A stretch of 64,000 nt of DNA, from positions 102,426,001 to 102,490,000 of the forward strand of contig NC_087472.1 in assembly GCF_036321535.1 (NCBI RefSeq), in the 5' to 3' direction. The stretch is from Camelus dromedarius (lineage: Eukaryota). A model generated the notes under the pieces. The model was given only the letters and a program-made list of their open reading frames with translations. It searched no databases and was not told the DNA's origin. The translations under genes and the position numbers were made by a program. Positions within the stretch are counted from its first letter, which is position 1; every line of letters begins with the position of its first letter. This document shows, piece by piece, positions 27,841 through 41,162 of the stretch.

Positions 27841-28284
27841 ACTCTAAGCAGCTTGGCTGGTGGGTTAACCGCTCCTATTCAGGTCCAGCTGGTCCAGCCC
27901 CGCTGAAATGGATGTCTTAGCTTTCTCTGGAGTCCACGTCAAAACTAGCCCAGGGCCTCTGGGTCCGCCTACCAATTTGCAGAGTACACAGAGGACGGAG
28001 GGAAGTATTAAAGGACACCATGGGATGCAGGTGCAGAATCTAGGCTGTGAGGGACAACAGGCAAACGACCTTGTTTCTTCCAATAAATTGCAAGGAAGCG
28101 GGGGAAGGGGAACCTATAGATGAAAAACGATTTAAGAGACCTCATGGCAACTTGTGGATTTTATTTGACCCTAATTCAAACAAACACAAGAGGGGAGGGA
28201 AGTATGACGTTTATAAGAATTGGAAATTTGGGCACTAGATAGTTGATTAGATTAAGAAATTGTTAAAAAAAATTCTACTTGTGT

Positions 28285-28611
28285 TAGATAAACATAAAAT
28301 TTACCATCTTAACCATTTTTAAGTGTCCAGTTCAGTAGTAGTAACTACGTTCCCATTGTTGTGTATCCAGTCTCCACAATTCTTTCCTGTTGCAAAACAG
28401 AAATTCTGTACCCATTAAACAACTCTTTTTTCCCCTCCCCACAGCCCTCGGTAACCAAGCTACTCTCTGTCTGATTTTGACTACTCCAGGAACCTCATGT
28501 AAGTGGACTCATACCATATTTGTATTTTTGTGACTGGTTCATTTCATTCAGCAAATGTCCTCGAGGTCGTTCATATTGTAGCATGTGTTAGAATTTCCTT
28601 AAAATTCTGCC
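28285..28611 (-). mobile_element. Old L1M 3' UTR (antisense); resumes at about 29586-29660
   Basis: ACATAAAATTTACCATCTTAACCATTTTTAAGTG...GTGACTGG...CATTCAGC...AGCATGTGTTAGAATTTCCTT, typical antisense L1M 3' end. Confidence 0.75.
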
Positions 28612-28623
28612 TTAAAAAAGGCT

Positions 28624-29339
28624 TCCTCTAACACTCTGAAATAAATTGTAGCAATATTTTTTTTTGGATCTAAGGCAAAGGAAACAAAAGCAAAGGTAAA
28701 CAAATGGGACCCAATTAAATGTAAAAGCTTTTGCACAGCAAAGCAAACCATCCACAAAATGAAAGGACAACCTACTGAATGAGAGAAAATATTTGCAAAT
28801 GATATGACCAATAAGGGGTTAATATCCAAAATACACAAACAGCTCATACAACTCCATATCAAAAAACAAAAAAGCAAACAATCTGGTTAAAAAATGGGCA
28901 GATGACCTGAATAGACGTTTTCCCAAAGAAGACATACAGGTGGCCAACAGGCACATGAAAAAATGCTCAACATGACTATCAGAGAAATGCAAATCAAAAC
29001 TACAATCACCTCATACCTGTCAGAATGGCTATCATCAAAATGACCACAAATAACAAATGTTGGCAAGGATGTAGAGAAAATAGAGCCCTTATATACTGTT
29101 GGTGGGAATGTAAATTGGTGCAGCCACTGTGGAAAACAGTATGGAGTTTCCTCAAAAAGCTAAAAATAGAACTACCGTATGATCCAGCAATTCCTCTCCT
29201 GGGTATATAGCCAAAGAAACTGAAAACACTAATTTAAAAAGATACATGCACCCTAATGTTCACAGCTGCATTATTTACAGTAGCCAAGATGTGGAAGCAA
29301 CCTAAGTGTTCATCAACAGATGAATGGTTAAAGAAGATG

Positions 29340-29413
<74 letters not shown>

Positions 29414-29577
29414 GAACACTACTCAGCCGTAAAAAACAATGAAGTTTTGCCATTTGCAACAACATAGATGGACCTGGAGGGTATTATGCTTACTGAATTA
29501 AACCAGAGAAAGACAAACACGTATGTGAAATCTAAAAAATAAAACAAATGAGTGAATATAACACAAAAAAAGCTACT
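28624..29577 (+). mobile_element. LINE-1 fragment (same family as 11535-12380) inserted into an older antisense L1
   Basis: ORF 29025..29210 is the L1 ORF2 C-terminus ([16 protein letters not shown]...[13 protein letters not shown]); flanking repeat TTAAAAAAGGCT. Confidence 0.9.
29341..29411 (+). repeat. (CA)n microsatellite, about 35 units, inside L1
   Basis: Directly visible. Confidence 0.97.
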
Positions 29578-32500
29578 TTAAAAAAGGCTGAATAATTTTC
29601 CATTTTATGTATATTCCACATTTTATTTACCCATTCATTGTTTACGCATTGATGGACTTAGGAATTATTGATTTTTAAATTGTGGTAGTTCTATTGTGTG
29701 TGTGTTTAAAAGAGTTCTTATCTTTTAGAGAGCTTTTTATATTTACCAATGAAATAATAGGATGTCTGGCATTTGCTTCAAATTAATATAGGATGGGAGG
29801 AAATGTGTGGGGATTCAGATGAAACAAACCTGGCCATGGATTGATAATTGTTAAAGCTGGACTTTTGTGTCTGCTTTTCTGTAAATTTAACTCTTCCCAC
29901 AATAACATGTAAACAAATGAACAAAAAACTGGCCAAGTGAACAATTGCCCCTTCAGAGCAGGAAGTTCATGAACATACTTCCCGAACACAGTCTCAAGCA
30001 TTATGTATTCCGCCTCCCTCCTAGGAAGAGTAGCCTAGTTCCAGTGACCTGCATGATTATGTCCAGGACAGATTACAGTCCTTACTCTCCAGTTTTCCAG
30101 CCTGAGGTATATTTACAATTCTGGTTCAGGACTTTAGCTTAACAAGCCCAACCTATTATTTTTCCAAACAAATTTATTGAGATATAATTCACATACCATA
30201 CATACCTGTCCAAAGGGTACAATTCAATGGTTTTTGGTGCATTACACTATTAATTTTTAAAATTGTGTAAATATATATATGACATAAAATTTGCCATTTA
30301 AACCATTTTTTAAATGAGCAATTAGGTTTGAATTTTATCAAATATCCATTCTGTAATCACTATGAGTTCCCATAGTCCTAAAAATAGTTTTTGACAATGT
30401 TTACTAGAATAAGAACCCACATAACATATATTAAAATTATGTCTCTTGTGTTTCCTTTAATTTATGGGATCTTCCTTTCATCTCTCTTTTTTTACTGAGG
30501 TATAATCGGTTTCATTTAACCATTGTTAAATGTACAATTCAGTGGCATCAATGACATTCCAACCTGTTTTTAGAGAGAGTCTGGGTATTGATTAAGCTTT
30601 GAAAGGCAGGAAATATCTTAGGACCAATTCCTTCAGGATTCAGTCAGTGAGAATCTGAAAGTGGTCAACACTTTCCAGAAAGAAGATGTTTGGTTCAAGA
30701 GTGATTGGAATGAGCCTGGAATTTCATTCGGAAGCCTAGGACAGGGGTTCTAACTCCATCACTTAATAGGTGAATAATTTTGACCTGTTACTCGTCCTTT
30801 CTGTCCTGCAAGTTTCTGTGAAAGGCCTGATAGCAGAGATAGGGCCCACCCCATTCAGCCTTACTCTTGCGCTAACTCCAGGACACCCCAAACCACGTTG
30901 AAGGCCGTGTTCCCTGGGGGACAGATGGTTTTCCAATCATTCTGAAGGGCAGAATTCTTCAAAACAGAAGACTGTAAAAGAACACAAGTAGTCAACTTAA
31001 TGACAGACTTCTTTTTTAGCTTTTTTTTTTTTTAACTCCTCAGTGCTATGCAGGCCATAAACACTCTTATGCCAAACAAATCAATCTAAACCATGTTATC
31101 AGACTCTACTTCAATTAAAAAAAATAAGCCCTGTTATCAAATTTGTTTTTCTGCTCAAATTTTTTTCCCATTTTGGATTAATAATGCAATAGTTATAATA
31201 ATCCCTTTGTAGTCACAAAATATCCTCCAGCTGTTTACCTTGTAGATTAATACAATAAGGATGAGGTCTTATATCCTGTGGTGAAGAGTTTGGCTTTGGG
31301 GACAGTCATTTCGGTGAGGACACTTCACATCTTTAAAGTTCTTCATTATAAAAAGGGGAGCATAATAACTGTCCTGGTTGTAAAGAGGAAATGAAGTGCT
31401 GAAATGTGGAAGGAAACCTTAAGTATGTGCCAGGTATTAAGTATTACCATCGATGTCAACCTGTTTCACAAGCATCCTTTCCACTGGGTCTTCTGGAAGA
31501 CTTGTTTCACAACAAACCCCTCTGTGCGTCCGGCCTTTTTACAAGGTGTTTTCTCCTTAAAAAAAAAAAATCATTTCTTGGCCTCCAAGGTTTCCCCTAC
31601 TGTTCCTGCCGAGTGGAGTCTCTGCTGATTTTCCCAGAAGTTATCACCATCCCCAACTCCTTACTGCTTCTTCCACTACTGCTCTGTCACTCTTGGTGGC
31701 GGGGAACTCCCTTTTGTTTTGAAACTCATTGAAGTTCACCTTTACCCTTCCTTGTTGCTGTTGTCTACTAGCTTTGGGGTCTTTCTTCCACATTCACTGA
31801 AGACTTGGTTCCTCGGCCTCAACTGACTCCTCCAAGTTCTGCCATCCTTCCACCCATCCTTCCTTCCAACACCTTCGGTGTCCCCCACACCAGCTTGGTG
31901 CACATAGGACCCAATTCCAGTCAAGCCCATCTCACCTGACTCCGTTTCAGTGTAGACCCTAAACTGGATCATCTCCTGGAATTGCTTCCCCTTTGCCATC
32001 TGCAACACCAGCACCACACTCTGGTGACAACTCCCCAGTTCCTTCATTCCCATAGACCCTTATCTTTTGGTCCACCTCTTTACTTTCTCCCATTCTATCA
32101 GCTCCACACTGCTCTCCCTTCCTTTCCTCTGTGGATCAGACCCCTGGTGCACTGCTACCATCACATCTTTCGGTGCCCTCAACTTCCTCACTTTCATCTT
32201 TCTAGTCTACTCAAACAGCAAACTCTGGTTTCATCATAAATATCTATATTTATGTATCAACCTATAGATATCTTGCACAATCATAGCTGGACCTCGTTAC
32301 ACAATGATGGTTTCTAAACTCCAGTAGGTCTTCAGTGACGCGCATCTCACTAGTTCGTTCAGCCCTCTAGTGACTCACCTGGTTATTCAAAATTCTCAGT
32401 ACTTTCCTAACCCCTCTCTCTCCAAGCCCTCCTACTATCCCTCCGTAGATCCTTTCCCCTTCAGTGGTTTCTGTATATTCTTCCCTTCGCCTTAATAATC

Positions 32501-32699
32501 TCCTTTGTCCCTTCCCAGCACCAACCATCCTCCAAATACCTTTTCAAAGTCACTAGGTGAAGCCCTGATTGTCCTCCCCCTGCCCCCGAATTTTTAATTT
32601 TTTTAGTTTTAATTTTTGCTACACGAGTACTGTTCTAGAAACCTTACTGATTCCAGAGGACATGGAGACCTCCCCCCCCCCCCCCCGATTGGGAACCCC

Positions 32700-33710
32700 T
32701 CAAACGCAGGACTCCTGTCGGTTTCTCATCCTCTTCTCGGCGCCCCTGCAGTCGCTGGCGCGCGGTAGGGGATCTCTCTGTGACCGAGGAACTTCTTCCA
32801 GCGCCGAGAGCGGGACGGGAGGACCCGCGAAGGGTCTGGGCGTGCCGAGGGGCCGGGGCGCGGGAACGTGGCGTTCACCCGCGTCCCCGAGGTGCCGGTG
32901 CTCAGCGAGCCGCGGAGGGGAGGAGCAGTCCCCGGGCTGAGCCAGGCCTGGGGCCAAGTGCGTCCAGGGCGGAGGGTGACGGGAAGCTGCCGGTGCCTGA
33001 AGAGTCACTTTTTGGGCGCTTGTTTCGGAGCGTTGCCCAAACCAGGGTGCAAACCTCGAGCTCACCAGCGTGAGCCAGAGGGGCCCGCGGCGGCAGAAGA
33101 GGGGAAGGTGGGCTAGGAGGGCGCCGCGCACCCCCGAGGCCCGCGCGTGTGGCGGGAAGGACCCTGGGGCGACTTGGGACCCCCTGGCGGCGGCCCCCTC
33201 CTCAGTCGGACAGGTGAGCGCAGGCAGGCCTCGGGGCGGAGCCCACCGTCCCCATCGGCCACCCTCGGCGCCACCACCGCGACACAGGTAATCCCCCGCC
33301 TGCCCGGGCCTCCGGCGCGCACGTGGGACCAGGGGCCTTTGTCCCCTCAGAGGGCGCCCGCCGCGCGCGTCCCCGCACCCCGCGGGCGCAGCCCGCGGGC
33401 AGACAGCGGTCGGGACCATGAGAGCCCGCCCTGCGGCGGCCGGCGGCCCGCGGCCCATGATCCGGAGCGCCAGGTCCCGAGGCTGCGCTTCTCAGCGCCC
33501 CTGGCCTTGGAACCGGGCGCTGGGGCCCGCCGCACCCCCCCGTCCCGTTCCTCCCGGGCCCCAGGAGCCTGGAGCTGGTGTTGGCGGAAGTGCAGCCCCG
33601 CGCGGAGTGAAATGGCCTTTCTGTCCCCTCCCCCGTTCAGTGCCCTGGTTAAACCGGGACCCTCGCGTTTCCCGGGTCAGAGCTGGTGAGGGCGCGGGGA
33701 GCCTAAGTCC
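32700..33710 (+). promoter_or_regulatory. CTPS2: CTPS2 CpG island promoter and non-coding first exon(s)
   Basis: About 1 kb very CpG-rich island 4.5 kb upstream of the ATG exon. Candidate donors: CAG|GTGAGC (33213), CAG|GTAATC (33287), CTG|GTGAGG (33685). Exact TSS unknown. Confidence 0.85.
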
Positions 33711-34074
33711 GCTGAGGCTACAACATAGCTTTCTTTTTGCAACAATTTTTCCAAATTTGATGTGTAATTTACATGCAATAAAATGCCCTTATTTTAAGTG
33801 TGCAGGTCGGGGATGTGACAAATTATACGCCCGAGTAACCACTACCCTAACGTAGAGCATTTCCATCACTCCAGAAAGTTCCCTCTTGCTCCTTTCGAGT
33901 CAATCCACACCACCCCCATGCCCTTTGATTTCCATTAAGGCTTAGTTTTGCCTGTTCTAGAACTTCATAAAATGGCATCATTCAGTAAGTACTCTCTTGT
34001 TTTTGACTACTTTTTAAACGGCAGTCGTTGAGAAGGTGTCTTTTGGTGCTTCCGAGGTTTTTAGTTGCTGTAGG

Positions 34075-34365
34075 CCTGCACTGTCCACTGTGGTAGCCAC
34101 GCGCCACGTGAGGCTCTTGAGCACAGGAAATGTGGCGAGTCCGAGTTGAGATGTGTCGTAAGTAGACACACCTAATTTCGAAAGACTTAGTACAAAAAAA
34201 AGGACGTAAATTATCTCACCAAAATATTGATTATGTGTTGAATGATAGTTTTGATACACCGGGTTAAATAAGATATTACTAAAATTAATCAGTTTCTTTT
34301 TACTTTTTTAATATGGCTACTGGAAAATTTAAAATTACGCATGTGTAATGTTTCAATGGACAGCA
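34075..34365. mobile_element. hAT DNA transposon relic (MER33-like)
   Basis: CTGTCCACTGTGGTAGCCAC...CCACGTG...AAATGTGGC...GAAGACTTAGTAC-like...AATGGACAGC. Related relics at 48720-49180 and 18718-18845 (MER3-like). Confidence 0.65.
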
Positions 34366-34718
34366 GACAGCCTACACACTTCTATTTTTACAGACAATTG
34401 GTTCTGCTCACTGCATGTAAGACCACATGTAGACTGGTGGTCTTCACAGGGGAAAAAACATCCCAGTTCGAGAAGTAGCTGAAGAGCCTGTATTTTTCTG
34501 TTATTTTAAAATTTTGCTTCAAACTTACTTGTTTGCTTGAAAGAGGTAGCAAAGACTAGATGTCTCCTTGGTATTAAGTTACATTTTCAAGAAGGACTTA
34601 GTAAAATATCTGACGTACTTAAAAAGGTGCTTTTGAAATTATAGAAAACTAATAATTACCTACAGCCCAAACACCTAAATATATTAAAATGTAGCATTTT
34701 GGTGTAATTTTACCAGTC

Positions 34719-34803
34719 TTTTTTTTTTTTTAAGTGGAGGAACCGGGGATGGAATCCAGGACCTTGTTCATGCTCTCTGTCTCTGAGCTATACCTCACCT
34801 CCT
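34719..34803 (-). mobile_element. Degenerate, internally deleted vic-1-like SINE
   Basis: GGAGGAACCGGGGATGGAATCCAGGACCTTG...CTGAGCTATACC preceded by poly-T. Confidence 0.7.
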
Positions 34804-35127
34804 GATCAGTCTTAATTGAAAAAGAATAGATGATATGTTATATTTAACTTTGTATCTTGCTGTTATATTTAATTTTATATCCTGCTTTGTTCATATAACA
34901 TAAGCATTTCTTATATGAAAGATTTTTAGGCTTTTTGACATCCACATAATGTGAACTCTCATGAATACACTCCAGTTTTCTATGGCATTTTTCTATTTTG
35001 CTGACTTTTACAAATTGGAAGTCATTTTAATAATGTGACAGTGCCAGAATAAGGTAGTTACAGCACCACTTATTTGCCCCTTCATTCCACATGAAAAGTA
35101 AAGACCAAGAGGGCAGGGACCATGACG

Positions 35128-35287
35128 TTTTTATTTTTTTATTTGTTATTTACTTTAATTTTATTTTTTGGAGGGGAGATAATCAGGTTTATTTATTTAT
35201 TTATTTTAGAGGAAATACTGAGGATTGAACCTAGGACCTTGTGCACACTAAGCATGCACTCTACCACTTGAGCTATACCCTCCCCCC
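35128..35287 (-). mobile_element. vic-1-like SINE
   Basis: Same body (GGATTGAACCTAGGACCTTGTGCA...CTCTACCACTTGAGCTATACCC) and tail. Confidence 0.82.
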
Positions 35288-36857
35288 TTTAAAAATTTTT
35301 TAATTTATTTTAACTTTAAGGACCTTAACTTTTTGTTCACCCACACATTCCCAGAGCCTGGGAACACGCCCATATTCTTGAAGAAATCTCTGGTGATAGT
35401 TCTATTCCAGGAACAGGCCCTTTACCTAAATTCTTTAGGCAGCAAAGGGGATGGTAAAAAAGAAAGACTTCTTGAGTCTTCAGTCTTCCGTTTCTTAAAA
35501 ATAATCAACATAAGTTGTCGTCCTCATGCCAAAGAGACACATTTTGGGGTGGCAGGTTTTGCTCCCCTACGTAACAGACATTCAATAAACATTTGTGAGC
35601 TGACTGAATCAGTGAGTAGGTGGCTCTGAAAAGTCAGAGCTAACCTTCTCTTAGCATCGGGTGCTCTCTGTAAATGCCTGCACAACTCTATAAGGCAGGC
35701 ACTGGTGTTATTTCTGTGTACTGCACAGGTGGAGAAAATCGAGGTTCAGAAAGGTTGAAAAAGTTGCCCAGGGTCATAGCTGTAAGTGACAGAGTCAGCG
35801 TTTGAATACAGTCTGTCTCCAGAGGAAGTGTATTTATCAAAATAGAGGAAATCCACAGTGGATTGTGATGATTTTACCATTATAAAAACTACCTGGGCTA
35901 GTAGGAGTGGCAAGAGATGAATATTCAGATACATTTGGATCTACCAGAGAAACATTCTGGGTTCAGACTGAGAATCTCTTTCTGGCTCCAGTCAGTGGAT
36001 GGCTGGGTGACCAGTAAAGAGGAACAGTGGCATTGAACATGAGCAACTGTAGTGTGTACAGAAAGGCAGGCCCAGGGACTTAAGGAAGCCATTTGCGATG
36101 GGACATGTGTGTATTTTGGATGGCTTCAGTTTACTTGCCCTGACGGTGGTCAGCTAGTTGGAACTGAACTCACAGCTCTGAAGTGAGATAACTCTACACC
36201 TTTGAAGTTAAGATAGTTTGTTTGGAAAGTAGAGGAAACTACAAAATCAGAATGGGCATTCCTTTGAGGAAGACAGACAAGTAAGATAAATGGGTAACTG
36301 AAATCATTTTTCCCTGGTTGCATTTGTGCTTAATTTCCAGATATTTAAATTTTTTTGTGAATTACAGTGAAAAGTGGGATTTAGAGTTACTAGCTTTTGT
36401 TAGTTACTCTCTTGTCTTGCAGCTGCAATTTTATGTTGATAGCGTTAATTGGCTGGTTGGCTGCCAGAATCATGCAAATCGATGCCTTTAAGGCTCACCT
36501 TCAGGTGCAGGGTGAAATGGCCAAAGGCCCCTGTACGTGCTCAAGGCAAAAACAGTAGTACTCACAGTAGAGAAAACCAAGTAGCTCTTGGGCTTCCTGT
36601 CTGCCTCTAAAACAAAAGAGTTTGACTCAGACAGCAGCATAAAAGTCAAATAAAATTTCCTTATGACATAATATACATATTTTTTTCCTTCTTGAATATT
36701 TCTGCCTGGTGAAACTGATGGGTAAGGAAACAGATTCAGTGTTCCATATGCTTAGTTAAGGAAGATACATTTGTTATTATTAATAGTGACATGAATAGCT
36801 AACTTTTATTAAGGTCTTACCATATGTTAACATAGGAGTTGTTTTGACCTCCTTCTA

Positions 36858-37190
36858 AGCCAGGTATCAGCAAACATTTGCTGTAAAAGATAGTAAATAT
36901 TTCAGGCCTTGCGGGCCAGAGGTCTCTGTTTTCACAACTACTCAACTCTGCCTTTGTAGCAAGAAAGCTGCCGTAGACAATATGTAAATGATGGGCATGG
37001 CTCTGTGCTAATACAGCTTGATTTATGGGCACTAGAGTTTGAGTTTCATACAATTTTAATCTGTCATGAAATATTCTTCTTTTGATCTTTTCTTAATCAT
37101 TTAGAATGTAAAACATTCTTAGCTTGGAGAGCACACAAAAACAGACAGGGGGCCAGATGTATTCTGTGGGCCCTGGTTTCCTGACTTCTG
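36858..37190. mobile_element. hAT DNA transposon relic (MER58-like)
   Basis: CAGCAAACATTTGCTGTAAAAGATAGTAAATATTTCAGGC...ACTCAACTCTGCC...GACAATATGTAAATGA. Related copies at 51575-51775 and 54275-54480. Confidence 0.7.
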
Positions 37191-37269
37191 ATCTATGCCT
37201 TAGCCTGTTTGATCCTCACAACCACCTGCAAGATTTTTTTTTTAATGTTGGTATATTCGAATGTTGATT

Positions 37270-37795
37270 TAAAAAATATTTTTTAGACCAATTTTAGGTT
37301 CACAGCAAAACTGAGCAGAAAGTACTGAGTTCCCATACATACCCTGCCTCACACCCACAGCATTCTCTATTATCGACATCCTGAACCAGAGAAGTACATT
37401 TGTTACAGTCAATGAACCTACATTGACACAACATTATCATTCCAAGTCCATGGGTTACATTAGAGTTCACTCTTGGTGTTATACATTCTATGACTTTGGA
37501 CAAATGTATAATGACCTATATCAACCATTACAGTATCACAGGGAAGAGTTTGATTGCCCTAAAAATCCTCTGTGCTTAGCCTATCCATCTGTCCCTCCTC
37601 CCTAACCCCTGAAAAATATTGATCTTTTGACTGACATCATAGTTTTGTCTTTTCTAGAATGTTATATAGTTGGAATCATAAGTATGTAGACTTTTCAGAT
37701 TGACTTCTTTCACTTAGTAACATGCATTTAAGTTTTCTCCATGTCTTTTCATGGATTGATAGCTCATTTCTTTTTAGTGCTGAATAATATTCCAA
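37270..37795 (-). mobile_element. L1MC-like 3' UTR, antisense
   Basis: TTTTAGGTTCACAGCAAAACTGAGCAGAAAGTAC...GATGAACCTACATTGACAC-like...CTTCTTTCACTTAGTAACATGCATTTAAG. Confidence 0.75.
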
Positions 37796-38251
37796 GGGAA
37801 TGGTATTTTTTATTCCATCCACAGATGAAGAAACAGGCACAGAAAGGATTAGTACCTTGCCCAGGTACAACTGGTTCAGACTTATCTGACTCCAGAGCCT
37901 GATCTCTTAAAATTTTTTACCATGCCTCTGAATCCCAGAGAAATTTGGCTTCTTATGATGAAGTTTGTCATGTGACAGAGTTGGGGTAAATGTAAAATTA
38001 GGGTAATGGAGCCAGACACTTTGCTTTCAGAAAGTATCCACAGCTTCTTGCATATCGAAGAGAATGAAAAACTTAGAAGACTTTGTTTCAAATATTTAGT
38101 TTAGATAGAAAAAATGTTGTGTGCTTTTGAAATTCTGGTTTAACATGCTCTCTGCTTTACTGGTTTGAGAAAATGTTTCTCTTCTCTGATCCTTAATTTT
38201 ATTACCTTTCAGATTATATCTGGGTGCTGGCACCCAGCCACTTCTCAGCCA

Positions 38252-38417
38252 ATGAAGTACATCCTGGTCACCGGTGGGGTCATCTCGGGCATCGGTAAAG
38301 GGATCATTGCGAGTAGCATTGGGACAATTCTAAAATCATGTGGACTCCGAGTTACTGCCATCAAAATCGACCCGTATATAAACATCGATGCGGGCACTTT
38401 TTCACCGTATGAGCACG
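38252..38417 (+). CDS. CTPS2: CTPS2 first coding exon (exon starts at 38213 with 39 nt of 5' UTR)
   Basis: Acceptor ttcag| at 38212, ATG at 38252, P-loop [10 protein letters not shown], donor G|GTATAC. Confidence 0.97.
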
Positions 38418-38656
38418 GTATACAAGAAAATCACTTCCCCCCATTAAAAAGCACTGGGTTAAATTGCAGTTCTTCCTTGTATTTTGGGTAATTTCTTTAG
38501 GATCGAGTTCCCGAAGTAGAGTTGCTGGATCATATGTGAATGTTCTCATGGTTACTGATACATTTTTCAGATTGCTGATGACATTCCAAATTAATCCACC
38601 CTTTTGGAAAACAGTGTGTGAGGATTCCATTTTTGTTGTACTTTTTGTAGTATGGA

Positions 38657-38796
38657 CTTTTTTTTTTTTTTGGAGGCAGATAATTAGGTTTATTTATTAA
38701 GTTTATTTATTTATTATGGAGGTACTGGGGATTGAACCCAGGACCTCATGCATGCTAGGCATGTGCTTTACCACTGGAGCTATACCCTCCCCACCT
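38657..38796 (-). mobile_element. vic-1-like SINE
   Basis: GGAGGTACTGGGGATTGAACCCAGGACCTCATGCATGCT...GAGCTATACCC with a T-rich tail. Confidence 0.85.
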
Positions 38797-39318
38797 TAGA
38801 TTATGTTTTGTTTTATTTTCTCATAAAGGTGATATATTTTGCTTAACATTTCATTGTTAAGAGGAATGCTCAGACAATATAGAATATATTGACAATTATA
38901 TTGACAATATAGAATGACGTGAAGAAAATAAAAAGCATCCATTTCCCACCACTTAGAATAATTATTGTTAATGTTGAAATGTTGATGTGTATACTAATTA
39001 TTTTTAAAAAGGCACCAGCCCTCATTTACTTTCTTTTTAAACTTTTTATGTACAAGCAAGAAGGTGCATAAATCAAAAATGTACAACTTGATGAAATAAA
39101 CATACTGTGTAAACAGCACTCAGATCAAGAAACAGAAACCCCCTTTAAAATGCTCCTTCCATTACATGCAATATAATGTGTATGTGCAGTCGAACTGTAA
39201 TAATTGTACCTAATAAAACTGAAAAAGGAGAGAAAAAAATGCTCCTTCCAGTCTCTCTCCACTTCAAACAACCAGGATAACCACTATCCTGTCTTCTAAC
39301 ATTGTAGATTAGTTTTGG

Positions 39319-39444
39319 TTTTTTTTTAGAGAGAGGAGAGGTAATTATTTGGTATATATATATATTTAACAAAGGTACTGGGGATTGAACCCAGGACCTT
39401 GTGCATGCTAAGCATGTGCTCTACCACTGAGCTATGCTCTCCCC
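39319..39444 (-). mobile_element. vic-1-like SINE inserted in an old L1 3' UTR
   Basis: Same body; short flanking repeat TAGTTTTG. Confidence 0.82.
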
Positions 39445-40669
39445 TAGTTTTGCTTATTTTTGAGCTTTAAATGAACTGAATCTTAGAGTCATACTATTTT
39501 TTAATCTAACTTTAAAACTTAACCTATTGTGGACATTTTAATATATTCTGTACTCCTAAAGGCTGCACAGAATCTGTACAATAATAGCAAATAATTTCTA
39601 GTTTATTGATATTATAAACAACATTATGATGGAAATCTTTAAAATGTTTTTTTTTTTTTTAACATAAATGCCTAGGTACAGAACTTCTGCTTTGATAGGT
39701 AGGTATGTTTTTCAGGTTTTTAAAGGTATCTTTATACCTTTGGTGAATACTATTCTTTTTAAACTTTACTAACCTGAAAATACACCAAAAACCAAAAAAA
39801 AAGGTGGCTCATTATTTTTAGTTAGATTTTTTTTTTCATTTTTGTCTGTGGAATGGCTTATTTAAGTCTATAGTAGATGATGTATTTGTTTGAAACTACC
39901 ACCCAGCTTCTGTGGAGAAAATTTCCCTGCCCCACTGACTTTGGCCTTTGGCCTTGTAGGATGGTTAATTTCCTGATTTGTTTGGAACTTTCCTGGTTTT
40001 GAAACTGAAAGTCCTGCATCCTGGCAACCTTTTTACTCCTGGGCAAACCAGAGAGATTGGTCACCTTATTTGGCTATGTGATTTGCTGCGTAGGATATTA
40101 GTGACTATGACATGTGCCTTGTTGAAGCAGGACTTTTCAATGCAATGGCATGCTTTGGGCCAGTCTCTCTTGTGTTTCTGCCCTCTGCTGTGAGACCTGC
40201 CTGCCTCATGTAGGGGTTTCTCCTTCAAGCTGGATCCTAGAATAAGAAGACACAGGGTAGACTCACAACTGACCCCTAATTCCCCCATAACACGAGGAAG
40301 AAATCAATAAATGTTTTGTAAGTTGCTGAGATTTTAGGGTTGTTTGGTAGGCAGCAAAGTTGACTAATGCCATGTGTTATGCCAATTTTTCTTTGGATTC
40401 TTAAAAATGATTTTTCAAGAATACTTTATGTAGAGTATATTAACCTCTATTTACCACATGTATATATTTTTACTCTGTTTGCAATTTGTCTTAATATTAC
40501 CTCTGTTCACTGCTGATCAATTTCAATTTATCATTTATGTGATTAACTGTATCAACTGTTTCCTTTATGGTTTCTGCCTTTGATGTCACCTGTAACCTTC
40601 TCCATCTCAGGAATATTTAAATATTCATCTATATTTTCTTTTCATGCTTTTAGAGTTTCATTTGCTTTT

Positions 40670-41162
40670 ATTTTATTTTTTTCTTCCAGTTTTATTGAGG
40701 TATAGTTGACATAGAACACTGTATAAGTTGAAGGTGTACAGCATAATGATTTGACTTACATACAAAATGAAATGATTTGACTTACATACAAAATAAGTTT
40801 AGTGAATATCCATCATCTCATATAGATACAAAATAAAAGAAATAGAAAAAAATATTTTCTTTGTGATGAGAACTCTTAGTATTTACTCTCTTAGCAACTT
40901 TCACATATGACATAGAACAGTGTTAATTGAATTTATCATGTTGTATGTTATATCCTTAGTGCTTACTTACCTTATAGTTGGAGGTTTGTACCTTTTGACT
41001 ACTTTCATCCAATTTCTCCTTGCCCCACCCCCTTGCCTCTGGTAGCTACAAATCTGATATCTTTTTCTTTGGGTCTGTTTGTTTTTGAAGTATAATTGAC
41101 CTATAGCACTGGTGCACAATGTAGTGATTTGATGTTTCTGTACATTTCAAAATGATCACTAT
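40670..41162 (-). mobile_element. LINE-1 3' UTR, antisense
   Basis: TTTTATTGAGGTATAGTTGACATAGAACACTGTATAAGTTGAAGGTGTACAGC...; highly similar to 43925-44435; flanking repeat TCATTTGCTTTT. Confidence 0.8.

Noticed and set aside
32569..33855. Many overlapping long ORFs (up to 252 aa) in the CTPS2 CpG island
   Set aside because: They are Arg/Pro/Gly/Ala-rich in all frames, as expected from stop-codon depletion in GC-rich DNA, and show no recognisable domain.
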